Source: Patescibacteria group bacterium (GTDB lineage Bacteria; Patescibacteriota; UBA1384; XYA2-FULL-43-10; 1-14-0-10-43-13). Taken from it: 64,000 nt of DNA. The notes beneath the pieces are model-generated. The model was not told the origin of the DNA and did no database searches. It was given only the letters and a program-made list of their open reading frames with translations. Positions 55,680 to 64,000 of the stretch are shown here, one piece after another (position 1 is the first letter of the stretch; the number at the start of each line of letters is the position of its first letter). The stretch spans positions 265,357 through 329,356 of the forward strand of contig JBAZBD010000001.1 of the NCBI GenBank assembly GCA_041671645.1, in the 5' to 3' direction. Made by a program: the position numbers and the translations under genes.

Positions 55680-55790
55680 TATTTCCCAATATTAAAATAC
55701 AATTTCACAAAGCGCTTTGATTTTTTATCGGAGCGCTTTTTTAAATTTATTTTTGCTATAATGGCAGGAGAATACTAAACGGGAGAAAAA

Positions 55791-56321
55791 ATGTTTTCAG
55801 AGACAGTAGACGAATCGGGAAGTGACAATCTAGGAGAACCGGCTGGGAATCTTGTTACCGGTACGACACCTGAAACACCAGCGCCGAGCGATGAGACCCC
55901 TGCTAGGTTTGCGGGTTGGGAGAAGTCAACAATTGAGAAGGTCAAGCAAAGAGCTGACATCAAAGCTGACATTTTGAATGCGTTTAACAATGGGAATGTA
56001 GATATGGCTACCGAAGCTCTTATTAGAGCTGGCCATTATCTTCTTGATCTGGAGGCCGAGACAGAATATAAACAGCAAAATTTTGAAGGGACAGAGACGC
56101 ACGGTCCAATATATTGGCGAAATAGACAAGTTCCGGCGATAATCGATGGTACGGCTTCAGGAGACATGCAAATTGTGTATCTGAGCAGTGTCGATAGACT
56201 TCATTTCCGCCGAAAGGATGGCGGGTTTGAGGTATATCTTTGTGGACCGCCAAGCCCGAGGGCAAAACAGAGATGGGAGCTTGTCGAGCAGGCATATGAT
56301 ATTTACTATGGTTCAAATTAG
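55791..56321 (+). CDS. Hypothetical protein
   Basis: 176-aa ORF with an acidic/Thr-rich N-terminus. A terminator lies downstream. Confidence 0.45.
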   Translation: MFSETVDESGSDNLGEPAGNLVTGTTPETPAPSDETPARFAGWEKSTIEKVKQRADIKADILNAFNNGNVDMATEALIRAGHYLLDLEAETEYKQQNFEGTETHGPIYWRNRQVPAIIDGTASGDMQIVYLSSVDRLHFRRKDGGFEVYLCGPPSPRAKQRWELVEQAYDIYYGSN

Positions 56322-56342
56322 TGCTGTATTGTCTCCCAATTA

Positions 56343-56372
56343 GCAAACACCTCACATATGTGAGGTGTTTGC
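56343..56372 (+). terminator. Rho-independent terminator (perfect 13-bp palindrome)
   Basis: GCAAACACCTCACA-TA-TGTGAGGTGTTTGC followed by TTGTTAT. Confidence 0.6.
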
Positions 56373-56481
56373 TTGTTATAGTCATTGACTATTCAATCGT
56401 TTGTATAATTATTTGAAAAATGGTATTAAATACCCAGTATCTTGATCAAGAAATTGAGGCAAAGAAAGGGGGATACCACAA

Positions 56482-57186
56482 GTGGGCATTTTTGAAAATC
56501 TTCTTTTTAAGAAAGGTAGTCATGCGCGGCTGTGCATAATGCTCCAGAAATATTTGGCCAGCCAAGAATTGTCAGACTGGATTATATTTGGCTTGGTGAC
56601 AACCATTGTCAGAGAGTTTATGCCGAAACATCCATTGCCGAGTGCCACTCTTGCGGAGTGCGTATCGGGGACGGATTTCGTCACATATCATACTGAGTAT
56701 GATGATGTTTTGAATAAGCTAACGAGTCTTATTTGCTGGTTTCGATTAAGTTTAACGCCTGGCAGCAAATATGCTCTGGATCGTCTTCCTGGCGGTAGTG
56801 GCTTGGCGGCCAGTGTGGAAATCTTGCACAAGCTGATTCGGCTACATTGCTGGGATCAGCGACTTTCCATTATTGAGCAATCGTTAACGCCGTTTCAAGC
56901 AGATCGAGGGAGTTGGCCACTCGTTATCCAGCCAATTGTGGCTCGGCTTGAAGAGATTACCACTGTCGCGAAGGCGACCGACGAAAAATTCAAGCCAGTC
57001 CAGGTCTGTATGGGCCATCCAGCAATGCATCTTCGATGCTATGGCGGAGGCGTGCCGGTTCAAGGTTCTATCTGCTCGGGCATATGCTCCGACAAGTCAC
57101 GCGATCTTGAGGAATGCCTCAGACGATATAACGAGGCTACCGCCAATGGCAAGATCAAGGATCATGGCTATCCAGAAAAGGAATAG
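56482..57186 (+). CDS. Hypothetical protein (GC-rich, Cys-rich)
   Basis: 234-aa ORF. No recognisable domain. Confidence 0.4.
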   Translation: MGIFENLLFKKGSHARLCIMLQKYLASQELSDWIIFGLVTTIVREFMPKHPLPSATLAECVSGTDFVTYHTEYDDVLNKLTSLICWFRLSLTPGSKYALDRLPGGSGLAASVEILHKLIRLHCWDQRLSIIEQSLTPFQADRGSWPLVIQPIVARLEEITTVAKATDEKFKPVQVCMGHPAMHLRCYGGGVPVQGSICSGICSDKSRDLEECLRRYNEATANGKIKDHGYPEKE

Positions 57187-57296
57187 ATTCAATTTATCAC
57201 GGTCAGCTTATCCAAGCTGGCCATTTTTATTTCATTGCACAAGTTATGGAGTCTATTTTGACTTGAATTGCCTCACGCTTAAAGGTAAAATCAAAT

Positions 57297-59329
<2,033 letters not shown>

Positions 59330-59331
59330 AT

Positions 59332-60195
59332 ATGGCAAAATTTGATATCCATAATTTAGACGTACACCAAATTGAGAAGATGAAGCATCTGGGCAAGGCT
59401 GACATTCACATGCACAGCAACCGCTCAGACGGTCGGCCCAGCGTGCAGGAAATTCTTGATTGGGTCGAGGAAAAAACAGATTTAGATATCATCGCAATCA
59501 CGGATCATGATACGATGGACGGCTATTTCGAGGCGGTTGAATTGATGAAGAAGAAGAAATACCGCTTTGAGCTGATTCCTGGCGAAGAAGTCACGAGTAT
59601 CGAAGGTCACATCTTGGCTCTTTGGATCAAGGAACCAATCAGGGGCGGTCTCGAAGCCCATACAGTGCTCAAGAAAATTCACGAGCAAGGAGGAATCGCT
59701 ATCGCCGCCCATCCGTTTCAACACGTTCGGGTTAGGGAACCGAAATATTTGACCCTTGATGGCGTTGGTTTAGTTACGCTCCTCAAAGAGAAGGATCTCT
59801 GGCATGGCGTAGAAGTTTTGAATGCGACGCCGACTTTGGGTGAAGAAAATCTCCGAGCCGCATTTGTGAATCGGACCATGTTACTCAAGGCTGAAACTGG
59901 TTCGTCGGACGCACATATCCTGGAGGCTATTGGGAAGGGCTACACGGTCTTTGAGGGCAAAACTGCCCATGAATTGAAGGAAGCCATTCGACATCGCCAA
60001 ACTCAAGCCCTGTATTCCAAATGGACTGTTTTCGCCCTTTTCAAATATCTCTTTTTCTTCATCCCGATTGGCTTGAGATTGATGGTGTACACGATGATGC
60101 ACGGGAGGAGCAAGAAGCGTCCGCAGATCGTAAATGTGCCTGGTACTACAGTCAAAGAGACTTTCCGCTTCAGAGACGGCGAAGAGTTGAAGTAG
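59332..60195 (+). CDS. PHP-family metal-dependent phosphoesterase with C-terminal hydrophobic segment
   Basis: ADIHMHSNRSDGRPSVQE..., IIAITDHDTMDGY and AHPF (PHP motifs). Starts 2 nt after the ligA stop. Confidence 0.7.
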   Translation: MAKFDIHNLDVHQIEKMKHLGKADIHMHSNRSDGRPSVQEILDWVEEKTDLDIIAITDHDTMDGYFEAVELMKKKKYRFELIPGEEVTSIEGHILALWIKEPIRGGLEAHTVLKKIHEQGGIAIAAHPFQHVRVREPKYLTLDGVGLVTLLKEKDLWHGVEVLNATPTLGEENLRAAFVNRTMLLKAETGSSDAHILEAIGKGYTVFEGKTAHELKEAIRHRQTQALYSKWTVFALFKYLFFFIPIGLRLMVYTMMHGRSKKRPQIVNVPGTTVKETFRFRDGEELK

Positions 60196-60240
60196 CTTCT
60201 TGATCATGCTAGTATTTGAACTAAATTAACCAGAACTTTC

Positions 60241-60534
60241 ATGGCAAAATTATCAATTCAAGAAATCGAACATATCGCCAAGCTTTCTAGGCTCGAACTC
60301 TCCGAGGATGAGAAGGAATTATATTCCCACCAGCTCTCGGATGTTTTGGCGTACGTCGAACAGTTAAACGAGGTCAATACTGACAATGTCGAGCCGGCTG
60401 CCAACGTAACGGGGCTAGAGAACATTTGGCGAGACGATGAAGTTGAAAATTCCGGAATAGTTCACAAAGATATCGAATCAAATGCGCCAGAATTCAAAGC
60501 CGGTAGTTTTGTCGTGCCAGGCGTGTTCGAATAA
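60241..60534 (+). CDS. gatC: Asp/Glu-tRNA amidotransferase subunit C
   Basis: IEHIAKLSRLELSEDE...LSDVLAYVEQLNEV. Confidence 0.8.
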   Translation: MAKLSIQEIEHIAKLSRLELSEDEKELYSHQLSDVLAYVEQLNEVNTDNVEPAANVTGLENIWRDDEVENSGIVHKDIESNAPEFKAGSFVVPGVFE

Positions 60535-60552
60535 TACGAAAATTACGAAAAA

Positions 60553-62067
60553 ATGAATTTTTATTCACTTACAATCAAGGAAGCATCGGGTTTGCTCGCC
60601 AAGGGCGAGATTACTTCGGTCGAATTGACCGAGGCTATCTTTGCACGAATTAAAGAAGTCGAGCCAAAAGTAGGTGCGTATATCACTTTGTGTGAAGACA
60701 AGGCGCTCGAGATGGCCAAAGCTTCGGATAAGCGTCGAAAGAGTGGCAAGACCTTGAGCGAAATTGATGGAATACCGATTGCGGTCAAGGATTTATTCCT
60801 CACCAAGGGCGTCAAGACGACGGCTGCCTCAGAAATATTGAATGATTTTGTCCCGATATACGAATCTGCGGTGACCGACAAACTCTGGAATGCCGGAGCA
60901 GTTCTAATAGGAAAGACAAATCTCGATCAGTTCGCGATGGGATCTTCGACTGAGACATCAGCATATAATACCTCAAAAGAATTTGATTCTACAACTAGAA
61001 ACCCATGGGATTTGGGCAGAATCCCAGGCGGCTCGTCTGGTGGCTCTGCCGCCGCCGTGGCGGCCGATCTTTGCATCGCCGCAGTTGGTACTGATACTGG
61101 TGGTTCGATCCGCCAGCCGGCCTCACATTGCTCGATAACGGGGCTCAAGCCAACTTATGGTCGTGTCTCACGTTATGGGACTATCGCCATGGCCTCTTCG
61201 CTTGATCAGGCAGGACCGATGACCAAAACCGTAGAGGACGCCGCTATATTGCTCAAAATAATCTCTGGCTATGACAAACACGATTCAACTTCATTTGAGA
61301 AGGAAGTGCCAGATTACAGTGGAGAACTTAAGGCGGAAAATATAAAGAAAATGAAAATCGGCGTGCCAAAAGAATTTTTTGGCGAAGGTTTGGACCCAGA
61401 AATAGAGAAAACCGTTCGTACAGCCATTTCTCAATATGAAAAATTGGGGGCCGAAATAGTACCTGTCTCATTGCCGATGGCTCATTACGCTTTGGCGGTT
61501 TATTATATTCTGATGCCGGCCGAAGTAAGCTCAAATTTGGCTCGATATGATGGAATACGCTTTGGGTTTTCAACCCAAAAAGTCGAAAGTCTAAAGTCAA
61601 AAGTCGAAAGATTAGAACAAGTTTATAGTATTTCTCGGGCCGAAGGTTTTGGTGCTGAGGCCAAACGCAGAATTATGCTCGGAAGCTATGTCCTATCTGC
61701 TGGATATTATGACGCTTATTACAAGAAGGCACAGAAGGTCAGAACCCTAATCAAACAAGAATTTGAAAAAATATTTGAATCAGTTGATTTACTTATTGCT
61801 CCTGTCTCTCCTGTACCGGCATTCAAATTTGGCGAAAAAGCAGATGACCCGTTGGCGATGTATCTTTCTGACGTTTTGACAGTTCCGGTCAATCCTGCAG
61901 GATTGCCAGCTATGAGCATCCCTGCTGGCTTTATGAATCGTGACGGCAAGGAATTGCCAGTTGGACTGCAGCTGATGGGGCCTCATTGGGGCGAGCAGGC
62001 CATCCTGGACGCTGGCCATGCTTTCCAACAAGCTACTGATTGGCACAAGGCCAAACCAATACTTTAA
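60553..62067 (+). CDS. gatA: Asp/Glu-tRNA amidotransferase subunit A (amidase)
   Basis: Amidase signature GGSSGGSAAAVAA, Ser-cisSer-Lys triad context and EGFGAEAKRRIMLG. Confidence 0.9.
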   Translation: MNFYSLTIKEASGLLAKGEITSVELTEAIFARIKEVEPKVGAYITLCEDKALEMAKASDKRRKSGKTLSEIDGIPIAVKDLFLTKGVKTTAASEILNDFVPIYESAVTDKLWNAGAVLIGKTNLDQFAMGSSTETSAYNTSKEFDSTTRNPWDLGRIPGGSSGGSAAAVAADLCIAAVGTDTGGSIRQPASHCSITGLKPTYGRVSRYGTIAMASSLDQAGPMTKTVEDAAILLKIISGYDKHDSTSFEKEVPDYSGELKAENIKKMKIGVPKEFFGEGLDPEIEKTVRTAISQYEKLGAEIVPVSLPMAHYALAVYYILMPAEVSSNLARYDGIRFGFSTQKVESLKSKVERLEQVYSISRAEGFGAEAKRRIMLGSYVLSAGYYDAYYKKAQKVRTLIKQEFEKIFESVDLLIAPVSPVPAFKFGEKADDPLAMYLSDVLTVPVNPAGLPAMSIPAGFMNRDGKELPVGLQLMGPHWGEQAILDAGHAFQQATDWHKAKPIL

Positions 62068-62133
62068 TTTTACATTTTTCATTAATTTAAAAATTTATCA
62101 ATTGATCAATTAACGAGTAATGGTCAATGGTAA

Positions 62134-62898
62134 ATGTTAAATACGACTGCAAGGAGTACTTTGGGTAAGAAATCACAACTTCGGAGGGAGAAGAAGGAAC
62201 AATTTGCGAAGGAAAGAGTGGCATATCGCCGACAGATGGAATTTGCCAACACTCCCTGGCTTTTGTTTTGGCGTCGAGTTGATTTTTGGATCTATAGCGT
62301 CTGTTTGGCCCTAGTAATCACTTTCCCGTTTGTGATGAGAGATTCTCTGGTAATAGGCGACCAAGCCACAATTCATACCTCGAAGGGTGATATAGAAGTC
62401 TCTTTTTATCCCAAGGAGACACCGAAAGCAGTCGAAAATTTTACCGGACTCGCGAAGAATGGTTATTACAATAATACAATCTGGCATCGCGTAATCAAAG
62501 GATTCATGATTCAGGGCGGTGATCCAGGTGGGACCGGCACAGGTGGTGAGAGTCTTTTTGGCGGTCCGTTTGATGACGAGATCAATGCTTATGGTCTCGG
62601 TATGGCAACTGCTGATATCACAAAGTTGGAAGAGAAGGGTTATCGATACAACCAAACCATTACTACTCATCCAGTCCAAGTCGGAAGTTTGGCCATGGCC
62701 AACGCCGGGCCGAATACGAACGGAAGTCAATTTTTCATCGTGACCGAGCAAGACCAGCCTCATCTTAACGGCCAGCACACAGTATTTGGCCGTGTGACAA
62801 AAGGTTTAGAAATTGCCAAAGCGATTTCCGAAGTTCCGATTGATAGTAATGATAAGCCAACTGAAGATGTAAAAATATTATCAGTTGATCTGAAGTAA
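62134..62898 (+). CDS. Cyclophilin-type peptidyl-prolyl cis-trans isomerase, membrane-anchored
   Basis: N-terminal TM and the cyclophilin core ([27 protein letters not shown]...[18 protein letters not shown]). Confidence 0.85.
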   Translation: MLNTTARSTLGKKSQLRREKKEQFAKERVAYRRQMEFANTPWLLFWRRVDFWIYSVCLALVITFPFVMRDSLVIGDQATIHTSKGDIEVSFYPKETPKAVENFTGLAKNGYYNNTIWHRVIKGFMIQGGDPGGTGTGGESLFGGPFDDEINAYGLGMATADITKLEEKGYRYNQTITTHPVQVGSLAMANAGPNTNGSQFFIVTEQDQPHLNGQHTVFGRVTKGLEIAKAISEVPIDSNDKPTEDVKILSVDLK

Positions 62899-62902
62899 AA
62901 AT

Positions 62903-63358
62903 ATGTCGCAAAAACACAAAAAAAATCAGGAACCGGATATCCTTCAAGTTATCGTTGTTGGTATTTTCAAGATGATATGGTGGATTCTGACTTTGCCGTT
63001 CAAGGGCTTGAGACGTGGCAAAAGCGGTTTGAGCGTTGAAAAAAAGAATTATATTGCTTCGAAACGGCAAGAAATTATTGGGCTGTCAGAAAGTCAATCA
63101 ATAATTGAATTGAAGCATGCAGTGATGGAAGCAGATAAACTAGTCGACTTTACCCTGAAAAATAAGGGTTTTGCCGGTGAGACCTTCGCCGATAGATTAC
63201 GCTCAGCTGAATCATCAATGTCGAAGGACGTATACAATAGTGTCTGGACAGGCCACAAGGTCAGAAATCAGATTGCCCACGAATCAGAGTCGAGAATCGA
63301 ATACGGGGAGCTTAGGGGAGCAATTGATCAGCTATTAAAATACACGAGAGCGATATGA
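62903..63358 (+). CDS. Hypothetical membrane-anchored protein
   Basis: 151 aa, one N-proximal TM. Coupled to the next ORF by an ATGA overlap. Confidence 0.4.
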   Translation: MSQKHKKNQEPDILQVIVVGIFKMIWWILTLPFKGLRRGKSGLSVEKKNYIASKRQEIIGLSESQSIIELKHAVMEADKLVDFTLKNKGFAGETFADRLRSAESSMSKDVYNSVWTGHKVRNQIAHESESRIEYGELRGAIDQLLKYTRAI

Positions 63359-63792
63359 GCGAAATCGAAGAAGTCGGTGAACAACTCAGCCAGGAAGAAA
63401 TCTCCAAGGAGATAGAAGAGCTTATTATCGCTTTGCGGCCATACAACAACTTGAAAACTTCGGTAATGCATAACAAACATCACGGCGTGGCTTCTGTCGA
63501 GGCTGACCCTCGAAGCTTGGAGGGGAACACTCCGGATGATATTAAATTTAGGAATGTTGTTAAGCGATGGGAAGAATATTCTGATGAATTACGCAAGGGA
63601 ATGGTTACTGTCGACTTAGAGCCAGGACATGGTTATGCATATCAGGATGTCAGATCGAGGGATGGGAAGCGGATGATAGACCTGATTTTTTTGCGAGAGT
63701 ATTACGAAAAAATTAAAAATCTGCACGAGATACTTAGCCAAAAATGGGATCAGAGCATAATGGGGACGACCTTTGAGGGCGACAAAAATTAA
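63355..63792 (+). CDS. Hypothetical acidic protein
   Basis: 145 aa. No recognisable domain. Confidence 0.4.
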   Translation: MSEIEEVGEQLSQEEISKEIEELIIALRPYNNLKTSVMHNKHHGVASVEADPRSLEGNTPDDIKFRNVVKRWEEYSDELRKGMVTVDLEPGHGYAYQDVRSRDGKRMIDLIFLREYYEKIKNLHEILSQKWDQSIMGTTFEGDKN

Positions 63793-63804
63793 TCCTTGAT
63801 AATT

Positions 63805-64000
63805 ATGGAAAATTTACATACAAAAATTGGATTGGAAATTCATGTTCAGCTCAAGACCAAGAGCAAGATGTTTTGTCGTTGCGACAATGACGCACAGGGC
63901 AAGACACCAAATAGCGTAGTCTGCCCGGTCTGCCTCGGATTGCCTGGCGCTTTGCCAGTCGCGAATGAGCAAGCAATCGAGTGGACGATCAAGACTGGAT
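63805..64000 (+). CDS. gatB: Asp/Glu-tRNA amidotransferase subunit B, N-terminal fragment (runs off window)
   Basis: [28 protein letters not shown]......[13 protein letters not shown] is the canonical GatB N-terminus. Confidence 0.85.
   Translation, partial: MENLHTKIGLEIHVQLKTKSKMFCRCDNDAQGKTPNSVVCPVCLGLPGALPVANEQAIEWTIKTG

Noticed and set aside
61581-61610. Suspected insertion of a repeat element into gatA (AGTCGAAAGTCTAAAGTCAAAAGTCGAAAG)
   Set aside because: The encoded segment (..KVESLKSKVERLEQVYSISRAEGFG) aligns with the native GatA region preceding the conserved EGFG motif, with similar length. It is therefore probably native sequence with convergent repeat-like codon choice and not an insertion. 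The DNA-level similarity is recorded under the repeat-family finding.

Overview
This 64 kb window looks like a reduced-genome bacterium, CPR/Patescibacteria-like. That assignment is an inference from gene content: short proteins, many membrane-anchored hypotheticals and only fragments of biosynthetic pathways. Coding is mostly on the + strand. Recognisable housekeeping genes include secG, rpsA, nrnA, alaS (short form), cdsA, pyrF-pyrE, ftsA, ruvX/yqgF, mltG, mreBCD-pbp2, greA, lysS, serS, hpf, secA, gpmI, ftsEX, a PcsB-like hydrolase, ctpA, lemA-htpX, hisI-hisG, ligA and gatC-gatA...gatB. There are seven tRNA genes, including three tRNA-Leu isoacceptors, and all seven encode their CCA end. I found no rRNA, no CRISPR array and no transposase or integrase. 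The most unusual content is as follows. (1) At the 5' edge, a partial module pairs a NuoB-like subunit that has lost three of its four Fe-S cysteines with a NuoL/MnhA-like antiporter subunit; this resembles an Ehr (energy-converting hydrogenase related) complex. (2) A PurF-like amidophosphoribosyltransferase paralog lacks the N-terminal catalytic Cys and sits between two near-identical tRNA-Leu direct repeats. (3) A conserved ~60-nt twin-hairpin motif lies upstream of both alaS and lysS, and a related 27-bp repeat occurs twice in-frame inside a Pro-rich surface-protein gene. (4) Short AAAGTC/GTCGAAA tandem arrays are scattered across the window, including a heptanucleotide x4 array inside a coding region. 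(5) Orphan purine-pathway fragments are present: a stand-alone PurH IMP-cyclohydrolase domain and a CBS-less IMPDH/GuaC core. (6) Several hypothetical-only blocks appear GC-richer by eye than the housekeeping genes. Two of these are linked to tRNA genes: the 1-7200 block next to the tRNA-Gly/Cys/Phe cluster and the tRNA-Leu-flanked PurF-like cassette. All assignments rest on reading the six-frame translations and the raw sequence by eye; no database searches were run.
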